The translations under genes and the position numbers were made by a program. A stretch of 37,718 nucleotides of DNA from Candidatus Hodarchaeaceae archaeon (lineage in GTDB: Archaea > Hadarchaeota > Hadarchaeia > Hadarchaeales > Hadarchaeaceae), in the NCBI GenBank assembly GCA_030018135.1, contig JASEGJ010000009.1:1-37718 (forward strand), given 5' to 3'. The first letter of the stretch is position 1; each line of letters starts with the position of its first letter. Below the pieces are notes generated by a model. It saw only the letters and a program-made list of their open reading frames with translations. It was not told the DNA's origin and searched no databases. This document shows, one piece after another, positions 10,627-21,383 of this stretch.

Positions 10627-11168
10627 CGACGCCACTCGACTGAGGTCGGGCGGGCGCCAAAACCCATTAAAATTTCTCCACCCTTTTCCGCAGACTGTTT
10701 CAAGTAGGGAAGCATGCCCCCTGCCCGAAGTATTCTGAGGATAAATTCGGGCAACGGCTCACACTTGAAGCTCTTGCCGGTTGTCAGATTATGCACCATG
10801 CCCTTCTCCAAGTCGATCTCGACCTCATCGCCCGACTTAAACCCTTTACGCGCGCGCCTGCACACCACCGCTGGCAGGCCCTGGTTTATGGCGTTACGAT
10901 AAAAAATTCGGGCGAACGACTCGGCCACGATGGCCGAGATACCAGCCGCCTTTAAAGCGACGGGCGCGTGCTCACGGCTCGAGCCACATCCGAAGTTGCG
11001 GCCGGCGATTATGACATCGCCCGCTCGCACCCTAGTCGCAAATTTTGGGTCTATTGTCTCCATGGCGTGCTTTGCGAGCTCGCGGGGGTCCGTTTTCACC
11101 AAGTAACGACCGGCAATTATCTGATCGGTGTCGATGTTGTCCCCAAAAACCCAAGCACGGGGCATCAC
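10623..11168 (-). CDS. leuD: 3-isopropylmalate dehydratase small subunit
   Basis: GDNIDTDQII, NFGCGSSREHA, SFARIFYRNAIN. Confidence 0.92.
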   Translation of the reverse strand: MMPRAWVFGDNIDTDQIIAGRYLVKTDPRELAKHAMETIDPKFATRVRAGDVIIAGRNFGCGSSREHAPVALKAAGISAIVAESFARIFYRNAINQGLPAVVCRRARKGFKSGDEVEIDLEKGMVHNLTTGKSFKCEPLPEFILRILRAGGMLPYLKQSAEKGGEILMGFGARPTSVEWRR

Positions 11169-12421
11169 AGGTCCCTCGGATCCGTTATGGCCCCCTTCAG
11201 TGCAGAAGCCGCAACGGTCGCTGGCGACGCCAAGTATATTTTCGCCTCCGGGCTACCCATGCGACCCTTGAAATTCCGGTTCGAGGAGGAGATGCAGGCC
11301 TCACCCGGACCCAGAATGCCGATGTGCCCACCCATGCAGGCCGCACAACAGGGTGCCTCGACCAACGCCCCCGCCTCGGCGAATACCTTGAGGATGCCGC
11401 GCTCGAGCGCGTCCAGATATACCTCCTTGGACGCCGGCGCAACTATCATCCTCACTCGCCCCGAGATTCGCTTCCCCCTCAGGATCCTCGCCGCCTGCGC
11501 GAGGTCCTCGAGCCTGCCGTTGGTGCAGCTGCCCAGGAATGCTTGGTCTATCTCGATGCCCTCGACCTCCCTAACCGCTCGAACGTTGTCGACGCTGTGC
11601 GGGCAGGCCACCTTTGGCTCGAGTTTCGCCGCATTGTACGTGAGTTCCTCGACGTACACGGCGTCCCGGTCGCTGCGCACTGGCTTGTATGACTGCTTCG
11701 TCCGGCCAGCCAGATAATTTCTAGTTAACCTGTCGGGCGGCACGATCGCCGTCTTCGCCCCCATCTCGACCGCCATGTTGCAGAGCGTCATCCGCCCGGC
11801 CACGCTGATGCTGCGCAAGCCAGCCCCGACGAACTCAACCGAGCGATAATTCGCGCCATCCGCGCCGACGTCTCCAATTATTTGTAGGATGAGATCCTTC
11901 GACGCGACATGTTTGGGTAGCGTTCCTTCGATCTGCACCTTCACGCTCTCGGGCACGCGGAACCAAAGCTTGCCCTTTGCGAAGACCGCGACCATGTCCG
12001 TCGAGCCGATGCCCGCGGCGAAACATCCGAACGCCCCGTAGGTGCAGGTGTGCGAGTCCGCTCCGACTATCAAGCGTCCCGGCAGCGCGATGCCCTTCTC
12101 GGGCAACACCTGGTGACATATTCCCTCGAAAACGTCGTAAAAGTTCGAGATCTCTTGTTTTGCCGCGAACTTGCGAAGCAAGATGTGATTCCGCGCCGCA
12201 TCGATCGAATCGGCCGGCACTTGATGATCAAAAGCTATCACGATTTTGTCCGGATCCCAAACCTTGTCAACGCCCAACTCTCGCAGGCCGTCGACGACCA
12301 TCGGGCCGGTAATGTCGTTTATCATCGCCGCGTCGATCTCCGCCTCGACTATTTCCCCCGGGCTAACCTGCCCGCGGCCGGAGGCCCGCGCTAGGATCTT
12401 TTCTGCTATCGTCATGCCCAT
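11165..12421 (-). CDS. leuC: 3-isopropylmalate dehydratase large subunit
   Basis: TIAEKIL, DHQVP, GICHQV, DSHTCT, GSCTNGR, C..C.G, SNRNFKGR; GGTGA RBS before ATG 12421. Confidence 0.92.
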   Translation of the reverse strand: MGMTIAEKILARASGRGQVSPGEIVEAEIDAAMINDITGPMVVDGLRELGVDKVWDPDKIVIAFDHQVPADSIDAARNHILLRKFAAKQEISNFYDVFEGICHQVLPEKGIALPGRLIVGADSHTCTYGAFGCFAAGIGSTDMVAVFAKGKLWFRVPESVKVQIEGTLPKHVASKDLILQIIGDVGADGANYRSVEFVGAGLRSISVAGRMTLCNMAVEMGAKTAIVPPDRLTRNYLAGRTKQSYKPVRSDRDAVYVEELTYNAAKLEPKVACPHSVDNVRAVREVEGIEIDQAFLGSCTNGRLEDLAQAARILRGKRISGRVRMIVAPASKEVYLDALERGILKVFAEAGALVEAPCCAACMGGHIGILGPGEACISSSNRNFKGRMGSPEAKIYLASPATVAASALKGAITDPRDL

Positions 12422-12425
12422 TCCA

Positions 12426-14084
12426 TCACCTGCAAATTGCGCCATCCGCGGCCGAACCCACGATGCGCGAGTAGAGCGCTAGATAACCCTTCTTCACCCT
12501 TGGCTCGGGCAACTTCACTTTAGCAAGTCTGGCCTTGATCTCAGGATCCGGTAGGAGGAGCTCCAATCTACGACGCCTGATGTCGATCGATATCACGTCT
12601 CCGTCCTGCACGATCGCTATGGGCCCGCCCTCCGCGGCCTCGGGTGAAACGTGACCGATGCAGGGGCCGCGCGTGCCGCCGGAAAACCTTCCGTCTGTCA
12701 AGAGCGCGACCGACTCGGATAGCCCCATCCCCGCAACGGCGGCCGTCGAACTCAGCATCTCCCGCATCCCGGGACCGCCCTTCGGGCCCTCGAAGCGGAT
12801 GACTATGACATCGCCCCGTCTTACCCGCTTGTTCAAAATTGCCCTGACCGCATCCTCCTCTCGATCGAAAACTCGTGCGGGCCCCCTATGCCTCATCATC
12901 CTCGGGCTGATCGCTGCATACTTGACGACCGCCCCACGCGGCGCGAGGTTGCCGCGCAGAACTGCTATTCCTCCCTCCTTGTGGAATGGCCTCGTGGGCG
13001 GCCTGATGACCTTGGAATCGTAAATCTTCGCATAGCGCAGATTTTCGCGCACCCTGCGACCGGTGACGGTTAGCGGGCTCAGGTGGGCGAGCTTACCCAA
13101 GCGCTTCATTACGGCCTGCACGCCGCCAGCGCGCTCCAGATCTAGCATGGTGTGCACACCTCCCGGGCGCAAACTACATATTTGCGGCGTCCGCCTGCTC
13201 AGGCGGTCGAACACGTCCAAAGAAAGGTTGATGCCGAGTTCATGGGAGATCGCCGGTAAATGCAGCACCGTATTCGTGGAGCCGCCTATCGCCATGTCCA
13301 CGACTATCGCGTTCTCGAACGCCGCGCGGGTCATGATATCGCTCGGCCTTATTCGGCGGCGCAGTAGCTCGACTACCTGTTTGCCGCTCTGCTTGGCCAT
13401 CCGCCGTTTCTTGGCGTCCACCGCATGCGCCGTCGCCACCCCTGGCAGGGACATGCCCAAGGCTTCGGTCAGACAGGCCATCGTGTTCGCCGTGAATAAG
13501 CCGGCGCAGGAGCCGCAGCCGGGACAGCAGCGGTTTTCGATCTCCATCGCCTCTAGCTCGCTCAACTTGCCCGCCTTGACGGCGCCGACCGCCTCGAACG
13601 CGCTTATGATATCCAAGCTTTGACCTCGCCACTCGCCGGGCATCATCGGGCCGCCGGTGAGCATGATCGCTGGAATGTCGACTCGCGCTAGGGCCATGAG
13701 CATGCCGGGCACGATCTTATCGCAGCTCGCTATGGCCACGACCGCGTCGAAGCGGTGGGCCTCCAACATGAGCTCCAAACTATCCGCGATTATTTCGCGC
13801 GAGGGAAGCGAGTAGCGCATGCCGACGTGCCCCTGCGCCAGACCATCGCATATGCCTATGGTGTTGAACTCAAGCGGCGTCCCGCCGGCTGCCCTAACGC
13901 CAGCAGCGGCTGCCTCCCCAAGCTCGCGCAGGTGCAGGTGCCCAGGCACGACTTGGTTGTAGGAATTCGCGATCGCGATGAACGGCCGCTCGATATCCGC
14001 ATTGGTTAATCCGTTGGCTTTTAAAAGCGCGCGACGGGGCAAACCCTCGAGGCCCGATACGACTTCCCTGCTACGAAGTTTCAC
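12426..14084 (-). CDS. ilvD: dihydroxy-acid dehydratase
   Basis: [52 protein letters not shown]. Confidence 0.95.
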   Translation of the reverse strand: MKLRSREVVSGLEGLPRRALLKANGLTNADIERPFIAIANSYNQVVPGHLHLRELGEAAAAGVRAAGGTPLEFNTIGICDGLAQGHVGMRYSLPSREIIADSLELMLEAHRFDAVVAIASCDKIVPGMLMALARVDIPAIMLTGGPMMPGEWRGQSLDIISAFEAVGAVKAGKLSELEAMEIENRCCPGCGSCAGLFTANTMACLTEALGMSLPGVATAHAVDAKKRRMAKQSGKQVVELLRRRIRPSDIMTRAAFENAIVVDMAIGGSTNTVLHLPAISHELGINLSLDVFDRLSRRTPQICSLRPGGVHTMLDLERAGGVQAVMKRLGKLAHLSPLTVTGRRVRENLRYAKIYDSKVIRPPTRPFHKEGGIAVLRGNLAPRGAVVKYAAISPRMMRHRGPARVFDREEDAVRAILNKRVRRGDVIVIRFEGPKGGPGMREMLSSTAAVAGMGLSESVALLTDGRFSGGTRGPCIGHVSPEAAEGGPIAIVQDGDVISIDIRRRRLELLLPDPEIKARLAKVKLPEPRVKKGYLALYSRIVGSAADGAICR

Positions 14085-14145
14085 GAATTTACCCGAAAAG
14101 CCTTCTCTGTCGCCCTATATAACCAATTTCGTGCGTCCCGGAATT

Positions 14146-14155
14146 TGATATATCA
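14146..14155. promoter_or_regulatory. perfect palindrome TGATATATCA in the divergent ilvD / secretion-ATPase intergenic region
   Basis: 10-bp palindrome seen directly; function inferred. Confidence 0.35.
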
Positions 14156-14232
14156 TCGGTGAGGTCGACCGCCATCAGCGATACTCATAAAAAGGAAATA
14201 ATTTAGAAAATTAGACGGAGGTGGAGGTGACT

Positions 14233-14406
14233 ATGTCGGAGAAATCTTCGGATTTGATAGCAGATTTGATGAACGAACTTAGGCATCGATTGAACGAGCT
14301 TGAACGCCGCATGGTGGCCGTCGAACTCGCAGTCGTGCAGAAAAACCCAACCCCTGAATTTACTTTGAAGGTTTGTGGTGCGGGGGCGGATGCCGGCATC
14401 GCATAA
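14233..14406 (+). CDS. small coiled-coil protein (57 aa)
   Basis: Perfect GGAGGTGA RBS before ATG 14233; heptad pattern LMNELRHRLNELERRMVAVE. Confidence 0.7.
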   Translation: MSEKSSDLIADLMNELRHRLNELERRMVAVELAVVQKNPTPEFTLKVCGAGADAGIA

Positions 14407-14425
14407 TTTTTGAGAAGGTTGTGGG

Positions 14426-16642
14426 ATGGGGGCAATCCCACAGGTGCGCGCCTCGGGACCTTTGTGGGTAGCAGAGATCGATTGTTGTGGTTGCGAAGGA
14501 TTGAGCAGCCTCGTCGACCAGAGGTGTCGGGTGTGCGTGCTTAAACAACTCGGCGCGGAGAGCGCGGTCGACCAGGTCGTGCTCAAGCGGGGATACCACC
14601 GCATCTATAACTCGAAGGAGTTATCTAAGCTAGCGAGGACGTTCGCGACGATAAAGTTAATGGTCCACGATCACGCGCTTTATGCACCGCGTGAGGAGGG
14701 CAAATGTAGGGGCTGCGTCGATAGACGCCAGGGGAAGCTGAGTGAACTGTGGTCGAAAGCACTTGCGAACCCGCATGACCCCTCCATATTCGAAGGAATA
14801 ATTGAAGGACAGGATGGGCTTGAAGGTGAGTGCACCGAATGTACCCGGCAACACCTCCATAAGTTGCTGAGCAGTATCAAAGCTGGTTTAACTAGTTTGA
14901 AGGTGCTTCAGCGGCTGACGCCCACAAATTACGATGAAGTTTTCGTGGCCAGAACAAAACCATTTTTCGTCGACGGCGTTTGGCGTTCACCCAAGCATCC
15001 AACGCGACTCATTGACAGTTATGCACTGCTTGAAGACCGGGGGCAGGTACGAATCTACGAGCAACTTGACCGCCCCGTGCCTTTCTATGAGCTCGACCTG
15101 CCGGAATTCAAGTGGCCAGCTGAGCACATCGAGCTCTTGGACGAGGCTTTTAGGATGGAGATGAGGGAGGCGCCCGGGCATGCCCGATTCGCCTACCCGA
15201 CGCGCATCGCTGGCTTCGCGGAGGATTGGTACAGCACATTGCTGCATATGGTGCGCGAGCGCCTGAACATCAAAATTTCTTCAGGTAAGCTACGGGAACT
15301 CGCCAAGAGGATGGCCAGTTGGCTTGCCTATAGGGTGCTCGAGCCGTTTTCCTGCGATGATCACATCACCGACATCTACGTTCCTGCCCCGCCTGAATTG
15401 CAACCGATATACGTGGTCCACGACCGTTGGGAAACTTGCGAAACGGGCATCTACTGGACTACTTCCGCATTGCTCGGCATCGGGGAAACCCTCGCGAGCA
15501 GGCTCGGCACGGCATTCGACGAAGTCAGGCCCCAACTCGATGTGGAAATACCCGAGCTCGGCATGCGGTTATTCATGAGCCGCCACCCGGCGGTCTGGCC
15601 TCGAAGCATCTCCATCGCCATACGAAAGCGCCGCCGCCATGCTTGGACGCAACCGCTTTTCTTGGCGAGGGGAACGCTTACGCCCCTCGCGAGTTCCCTC
15701 GTCAGCAATATCATTCGCGCTGGCGCCTCCGCATTCATAATAGGTGAAAAGGGCTCCGCGAAGACCAGCAAGGTGGAGACCCTTATTCCAGAGATAGGCC
15801 CACACGAGCGCATAATATGCTATCAGGACACGGAGGAGCTCCATCTAGAGGAGTTCATCGCGCACGGCTACAAGTTGGAGAACGTCCGCATCGCCAACCC
15901 TGACCATCTGCAAAGGCAGATAGATGCATTCCTCCGCGGGGGTGAAGCGTTTTGGCTGATAACAGAAGTTCGCGCCTTGGAAGCGGTTAAGGCAACATTG
16001 GGGGCCGCTGCTCGCCAGGGCAGCCAGCCGCTCGTGACGAGTTTTCATGTGAAGACCAAGCGTGAGATGTATGATTTAATATGCCGCATCATGGGCCTGC
16101 ACGAAGCGGCCTACAAGTATATCGATTTCATCGTGAGCACCGCTCGTTTCTCCACGCCAAGGGGCTCGGTTCGTCGCATAATAGAAATTGTAGAAGTTTT
16201 GAAGGAATGGGAGGACAAGCCGGAGTACGTGGAGCTTTTTGTGGACGATCGAAGGAACGATCAATTAGTCCCAAAGAATTTTCTAAAGGGCGATGAACAT
16301 TTAATTAGGCAACTTAACTCGCACAATTTATCAAACGTCGATGTCATAGCCGCTTGCGAGCAAATCGAGTTCCTTCCGCCAAGCGAGGGAGGTAGTCACC
16401 ACATCCCTATGGCCTGCGAGAGATTGGCAATTGAAACCCAAGATTTCCTAACCGGCATTTTAGTGGAGGCTAAGATGAAGTCGGACTTGTTGAATCTTTC
16501 CCAACGTGCTGGCGACACCAGTTACCTAGAGCTGCCCTTTGTGAGCAAGGCCTACGATGCCTATTTTGCCCTGAAGAAAAAGTATGTGCCGGATTACGAG
16601 CGGGTGCTGGAGGGCTGGCGTGCTTGGCTGAGGTCCATCTAA
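14426..16642 (+). CDS. type II/IV secretion (VirB11/TadA/FlaI superfamily) ATPase with Cys-rich N-terminus and degenerate motifs
   Basis: D..ITDIYV, AIRK...WTQPLF, GEKGSAKTS, QDTEEL, LITEVR, SFH, RRIIEIVEV; four CxxC pairs at the N-terminus. Confidence 0.85.
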   Translation: MGAIPQVRASGPLWVAEIDCCGCEGLSSLVDQRCRVCVLKQLGAESAVDQVVLKRGYHRIYNSKELSKLARTFATIKLMVHDHALYAPREEGKCRGCVDRRQGKLSELWSKALANPHDPSIFEGIIEGQDGLEGECTECTRQHLHKLLSSIKAGLTSLKVLQRLTPTNYDEVFVARTKPFFVDGVWRSPKHPTRLIDSYALLEDRGQVRIYEQLDRPVPFYELDLPEFKWPAEHIELLDEAFRMEMREAPGHARFAYPTRIAGFAEDWYSTLLHMVRERLNIKISSGKLRELAKRMASWLAYRVLEPFSCDDHITDIYVPAPPELQPIYVVHDRWETCETGIYWTTSALLGIGETLASRLGTAFDEVRPQLDVEIPELGMRLFMSRHPAVWPRSISIAIRKRRRHAWTQPLFLARGTLTPLASSLVSNIIRAGASAFIIGEKGSAKTSKVETLIPEIGPHERIICYQDTEELHLEEFIAHGYKLENVRIANPDHLQRQIDAFLRGGEAFWLITEVRALEAVKATLGAAARQGSQPLVTSFHVKTKREMYDLICRIMGLHEAAYKYIDFIVSTARFSTPRGSVRRIIEIVEVLKEWEDKPEYVELFVDDRRNDQLVPKNFLKGDEHLIRQLNSHNLSNVDVIAACEQIEFLPPSEGGSHHIPMACERLAIETQDFLTGILVEAKMKSDLLNLSQRAGDTSYLELPFVSKAYDAYFALKKKYVPDYERVLEGWRAWLRSI

Positions 16643-16644
16643 AA

Positions 16645-18600
16645 ATGGATGAATGGTTGCCTATTTCAAGCGACGTTCAGGAGATACTGGTCAGGCTTGA
16701 AGAGGCTGAGAGGCGCCCGCCGCGATTTTACGAACGACTGTGCTGGTTCTCAAAGCGATACTTGGGCAGAGTGGTCAAAGACATGAAGCTGACCGAAAAC
16801 GTGGTGAATGCCATATCATTCGCTAAGCTGAGGATAAAACCCGATGAGTGGTGGGCCGGCTTTTTCTTCTCGCTTGGGGCACCTATGTTGCTCTGCCTCG
16901 GCAGCTGGCTGCTCGCCGCTCTACTCGGCGCAGACCTGCTCGCGCTTTGGTATCTGCCAGTTCTAGGCATCTTGCTCGGTAGTTTGTTTGGCATCATTTT
17001 CTACGTATACGCGCCATCGCTCGCCGAGATCAGGCGGAGCGAGGCCCAAAGCAGGGCCATCGGCACAATGATGTTGTTGAGCTTCGAACTATATCACAAG
17101 CCGGATCTCCGCGGGGCGACGGTATTTGCAGCGGATGCAAGCAAGGGCGAGCTGGCCGAGGATCTTCAGAGGGGCCTTTTCGAGCTAGATGAAGGGAGAC
17201 GGTATGAAAGCGTCCGCCACTTTTTCACCGTGCTCGCACACAGGTGGGGAAAGCTGGACGAGGGAACGAGACAAGCCATCTTCGACATACTTCGCTCGAC
17301 GGGACAGAAGGAGGAGGCCGCCCGCCTGCAGGACATCGCTCAAGCCCCAAAACGTGTCCTTGAGAGCTTGGAGGTGAAGTTGGATAAACGTTTGAACTCA
17401 CTGGTGATGCCGACGATGGCGTTTATGGTCTTCGGCTCGCTTGCGATTGTTGGGATCATAGGCCTTTCGCCCATCTTCGGCGTGGTGGGCCTCCGCTTCG
17501 CGGACATAAAATTCTTCTCGCTGACCGCGATGGTGCTCGTGGCGAGCTTTTTGGCGTTTACTGTATACATGAGCAAACAGCGACCAGCGACCATCCCCCA
17601 GCCCGAAATCCTAGCTGGCGACCCACGTCTACCGCCTCCGGGGAAGGTGAAGTTTTTTGGTCACATGTTGCCAATTTGGCTGCTCCCGTTTCTAACTTTT
17701 GTGGCCTTGGTCTGGCCCGGCGCGCTCTACCTCGCTGGATGGGCACCGGGAATGGTGGGCACGCTAGCGTTTGGTTTGAATACCTTCTGGTTTATTTGGG
17801 CCATCGCGGCTGCCATGGTGGTCTATGCCCACCTTTATGCAAACCCTCGAGTCAAGATCTGTGAGGAGGAGCGCAGGAAAACCGGGGATTGGGAGATAGC
17901 TTTTAACACCATGGGCAGCAGGATACTCGATGGCAAGCCAATGCATCAAGCAATGGTTGAAACGGCGGAACTCATGTCGGGCACGGCCATTGCTGAACAA
18001 CTTAGGCAAATTTGTGCGGCGATGGGCAGGTTGTCCGTGGATTTAAGCACGGCGTTGTTCGAGAGGGGCCTCGTCAGACGCATCTACAATCCACTGGTAA
18101 CGAGCTTTCTAACGGTAGTAACCCGCATCAGGCGGGGCTGGGAAATGGCTGCCGGTAGGGCGTGTATGATCGCCGCCGAGTTCCTGGGTACTTTGCGCCG
18201 CGTTGAAAATAGATTTAAGGAGCGCATGAACGAGGCGGTTGGCAACCTTTGGATGGTCGCCGTAATTTTACTTCCCGTCGTCTGTGCCATGTCGATCTGG
18301 ATAATGGAACTCATGTCGGGCATATCGTTCACGATGAAGGCGGAGGCCGTGGGCGCCGGTTTGACACATGTGCCCATTCTGTTCGGAGAGATGGAGGCGA
18401 GCGAACTGGCGTTGCTGAAACTGATAATGGGTTTGCTGACCCTAGCGCTTGCGCTGGTGATGGCCCGTTATATATCGGTAATCCGTGCTGGACAGGATAG
18501 AATCGAGTTTTGGTCGACGGTGACGAGGACTATATTGGCCGCCACGATTGTTTTTACCGCCGCGTACTTCAGCTTTGGGTTCGCTAGGGTCGGTTTTTAA
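16645..18600 (+). CDS. TadC/FlaJ-like (T2SS F) membrane platform protein
   Basis: Two repeats of a soluble domain plus TM bundle; directly follows the ATPase. Confidence 0.75.
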   Translation: MDEWLPISSDVQEILVRLEEAERRPPRFYERLCWFSKRYLGRVVKDMKLTENVVNAISFAKLRIKPDEWWAGFFFSLGAPMLLCLGSWLLAALLGADLLALWYLPVLGILLGSLFGIIFYVYAPSLAEIRRSEAQSRAIGTMMLLSFELYHKPDLRGATVFAADASKGELAEDLQRGLFELDEGRRYESVRHFFTVLAHRWGKLDEGTRQAIFDILRSTGQKEEAARLQDIAQAPKRVLESLEVKLDKRLNSLVMPTMAFMVFGSLAIVGIIGLSPIFGVVGLRFADIKFFSLTAMVLVASFLAFTVYMSKQRPATIPQPEILAGDPRLPPPGKVKFFGHMLPIWLLPFLTFVALVWPGALYLAGWAPGMVGTLAFGLNTFWFIWAIAAAMVVYAHLYANPRVKICEEERRKTGDWEIAFNTMGSRILDGKPMHQAMVETAELMSGTAIAEQLRQICAAMGRLSVDLSTALFERGLVRRIYNPLVTSFLTVVTRIRRGWEMAAGRACMIAAEFLGTLRRVENRFKERMNEAVGNLWMVAVILLPVVCAMSIWIMELMSGISFTMKAEAVGAGLTHVPILFGEMEASELALLKLIMGLLTLALALVMARYISVIRAGQDRIEFWSTVTRTILAATIVFTAAYFSFGFARVGF

Positions 18601-18605
18601 CGGGT

Positions 18606-20903
18606 CTATGTTTTGAGGCGGTCACCGATCAGGCAGAAGTGCGCCAGCGCCGCCTCGAGCTGAATGCGCTCGTTTGCGCCTTCGGTCAACCTGAAGTCGA
18701 ACTCGCCAACTTTGTCGATGAGTTTGATTTTTACCTGCTCCGGCAGGTCGAGGTTGAATATCTCGCGGTGGATCTGGTCGAGGATATCCTGGCCGGAGAG
18801 CCCCTTGTCGATCAGCATTTCGACGAGCCTGTTGCGCGCCTCCTCAAACTTTCCGACCAAGGCAAGCTGCAGCATTTCCCTGACCTCCTCCGGTCGCGCC
18901 AGGGCGCTGACCTCGTAGATCGCCTTTTCGTCTATCTTCCTTTTTATGGCTGCAGCCGCCTGCAGGATGTTCGTGGCGCGCCGCATATCGCCCTCCGAAA
19001 CATAGGTGATGGCTTTGATGCCGTCGTCCGTAAGCGTGAGTTTCTCCGCGCGGGCGATTCGCCTCAAATATTGGGCGATGTCCTTTTCGGCTAACCTCCT
19101 GAACCTGAAGATCGCGCAGCGCGATTGGATGGGCTCGATGATCCGGCTGGAGTAATTGCAGTCCAGGACAAATCTGCAGGTATGGGTATACATCTCCATC
19201 GTCCTGCGCAACGCGTGCTGCGCATCCGGGGTTAAGGCATCGCTCTCGTCCAACAAAACTATCTTGTAGGGGACGTCCGCGATGGGCCTAGTCCTAGCGT
19301 AGTCCTTCACCTTCGTGCGGATGGTGTCTATCCCACGCTCGTCGCTATTGTGCAAAAGGATCGGGGTGGTACCCCCGAAAAACATCTCCGCGCCGGGTAC
19401 CGAAACATCGTAAACATATCCATCATAGTTTTCAACCACCACTTCCTTGACCAAAACTACGGAAAGATCTGAGTCTATGAGCCCCTTCACCCTGTCGTAC
19501 AGCTCCGATACCTTCTTTCCGCTCGCCGCCCATTTTTCGATGAGTTCCTTGGCGCGATGTTTTGATATCCTCTTGGCGCCGGAATAGAGCGAGTGCCTCA
19601 AAAAATATTTATGTCGAACCCCCAGCCTTTCCGCCAGATTCTTCATCAAGCTCGCAGGCAAGAATTCCGTTTTTAAATACGAATATGAGGGCATCTTCCA
19701 CACCAACCTAGCCTCGCCATCGAAGCAAGATGTATCAAGGCCGCTCATCCTCCCCAACCAAGCGATGTCGATGAGATTTTCTTTCGAGCGAGAGGAATAT
19801 CTTATGAATTCGCCCCATCTCCCGCATGCGTCGCCCATGTACCCCCTTAAGAAAGCTCTCCGGGCATCTGGGCAGGCGGAGTAAATGAAGGAGGGAACTC
19901 TCTTGGCCGCGGCGTTTTTAAGTTTTGAACCATCGTAAAAATGCTCTTGAAAGAACTTTGCAAGTTGAGTATTCATAATCCTGTATTGTACTGCGCTCAT
20001 GCTCCCCGCTTTGAAGCCCGACGGTGCAACTTTGGCTTTTCCCTCTAAGCCAAATTTTTCCTCAAAGATTTTTCCAACTTTTTTTAATACATCAATCTCG
20101 CTTGGATACGAGAGCGTGAAGATTACTTGCCCGCTGGTCTCGTTGCGCTCTAGACATGCACACCCCTCGGCTAGGTATAAGCCAAAAAGCCATGCTAGCT
20201 CTTGATCCATCCTTTGATTGAGCAACACCGATTTTATCTTAGGGTTTTTTACCATGCCGCTGTGAAGCTCATTACACAATTTCGGCGAAATTTTCTTCAA
20301 ATTTAGAATTTGATTTTTCCCCTCGAGTTCTCCCTTAAACGTTACAAGAAGGTCACCTTTTTTTAACTCGCTCGCCGACTTCCTTTTAAGCGATCCGAAG
20401 TCGTCAATGACAATAACCGAATGGTCCATGCTCGTCCTTACCCAACCTCCCTCGTACCTTACCCGCACTACTTTGTCGACCTTGTGCCTCGAGATGACGC
20501 CGACCGGCAAGAAGCTCGCTCTGCGGTTCCCGTCAACTGAGAGCACCTCAAGGTCATCGGCTCGGGCATATTCTTGCAAATCATCCACGAAATATTCCTT
20601 GGCGAGCTCGGCGAAGTTCGTCCTCCTTATCGCTCCATTCCTTCTAACGATGATAGGGGTTTCCGGCGTGACGCTCGCGTTTAACTCTAAGAAGTTCTGG
20701 CGCCAGCCCTCGCCGAAGAGCTCTCGGGCTATGCAGAGCGCCGCCGTGGTCTTCCCGCTCCCCGGCGGCCCAGCGAACAACAGGTGGGGCAGGGATTTCT
20801 TAGCAACGAAGCTTTGAAGCCTGCTGACGACCTCGTCCTGCCCGATGATCTCCGAAAGCTCCTTGGGACGATACCTTTCGACCCAGATCTCCTCGGCGAC
20901 CAA
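18606..20903 (-). CDS. rfcS: replication factor C small subunit (322-aa extein) with intein
   Basis: [20 protein letters not shown]|SDERG split, LDESD, CNY, IQSRC. Confidence 0.95.
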   Translation of the reverse strand: MVAEEIWVERYRPKELSEIIGQDEVVSRLQSFVAKKSLPHLLFAGPPGSGKTTAALCIARELFGEGWRQNFLELNASVTPETPIIVRRNGAIRRTNFAELAKEYFVDDLQEYARADDLEVLSVDGNRRASFLPVGVISRHKVDKVVRVRYEGGWVRTSMDHSVIVIDDFGSLKRKSASELKKGDLLVTFKGELEGKNQILNLKKISPKLCNELHSGMVKNPKIKSVLLNQRMDQELAWLFGLYLAEGCACLERNETSGQVIFTLSYPSEIDVLKKVGKIFEEKFGLEGKAKVAPSGFKAGSMSAVQYRIMNTQLAKFFQEHFYDGSKLKNAAAKRVPSFIYSACPDARRAFLRGYMGDACGRWGEFIRYSSRSKENLIDIAWLGRMSGLDTSCFDGEARLVWKMPSYSYLKTEFLPASLMKNLAERLGVRHKYFLRHSLYSGAKRISKHRAKELIEKWAASGKKVSELYDRVKGLIDSDLSVVLVKEVVVENYDGYVYDVSVPGAEMFFGGTTPILLHNSDERGIDTIRTKVKDYARTRPIADVPYKIVLLDESDALTPDAQHALRRTMEMYTHTCRFVLDCNYSSRIIEPIQSRCAIFRFRRLAEKDIAQYLRRIARAEKLTLTDDGIKAITYVSEGDMRRATNILQAAAAIKRKIDEKAIYEVSALARPEEVREMLQLALVGKFEEARNRLVEMLIDKGLSGQDILDQIHREIFNLDLPEQVKIKLIDKVGEFDFRLTEGANERIQLEAALAHFCLIGDRLKT
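19347..20675 (-). mobile_element. 443-aa intein with LAGLIDADG homing endonuclease
   Basis: Begins SVTPET, block [15 protein letters not shown] and FLRGYMGD helices, block F VYDVSV, terminal HN followed by Ser; visibly more AT-rich than the exteins. Confidence 0.95.
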
Positions 20904-20906
20904 TCG

Positions 20907-21296
20907 CTACACCTCCTTGAGCTTCTCTTGCATCTGCTTCTTCGCCGTCCTCCGGAATGAGACAAGTAGGCTATCGACGACCTTGCCCACGACCTCGCGC
21001 TCAAACCTCGCGCGCGAGAGCCGTACTTTATAGATGTACTTTAAGCCGCCGCGCCCCTTGCTCACCCTCGCAGACAGCAGGCCGCGCTTACAAAGCGAAC
21101 TCATGACGGCATTTACCGTCGGACGGTGGACGCTGTGCTTGCTCTTGATGCGGGTGTAAACGGTGCGCGCTGTGGCCTTTTTTTCCCTCCACATGATATC
21201 CATGATATCGGACTCAAGGGGGCTCAACACGGTCTGCAGACCCTGCTTGTGCGGCCTGTACTCGGACCATCTAAACAAGCTATCACCAAAAGTCAA
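20907..21296 (-). CDS. BlaI/MecI/CopY family winged-helix regulator
   Basis: LSPLESDIMDIMW...TARTVY...TVNAVMSSLCKRGLL...YIY pattern. Confidence 0.85.
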   Translation of the reverse strand: MTFGDSLFRWSEYRPHKQGLQTVLSPLESDIMDIMWREKKATARTVYTRIKSKHSVHRPTVNAVMSSLCKRGLLSARVSKGRGGLKYIYKVRLSRARFEREVVGKVVDSLLVSFRRTAKKQMQEKLKEV

Positions 21297-21342
21297 TCAA
21301 AGATTAAGTCAGCTCTTAATAAAACCTTGTTGGTGACATGAA

Positions 21343-21350
21343 TTTATAAA
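21343..21350. promoter_or_regulatory. palindromic TATA box (TTTATAAA) between the divergent regulator-rfcS unit and ileS
   Basis: Self-complementary TATA about 35 nt from the ileS ATG and about 47 nt from the regulator start. Confidence 0.55.
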
Positions 21351-21383
21351 CGCTTGTCGAACGATAAGTTTCGGGGTTGCGAG

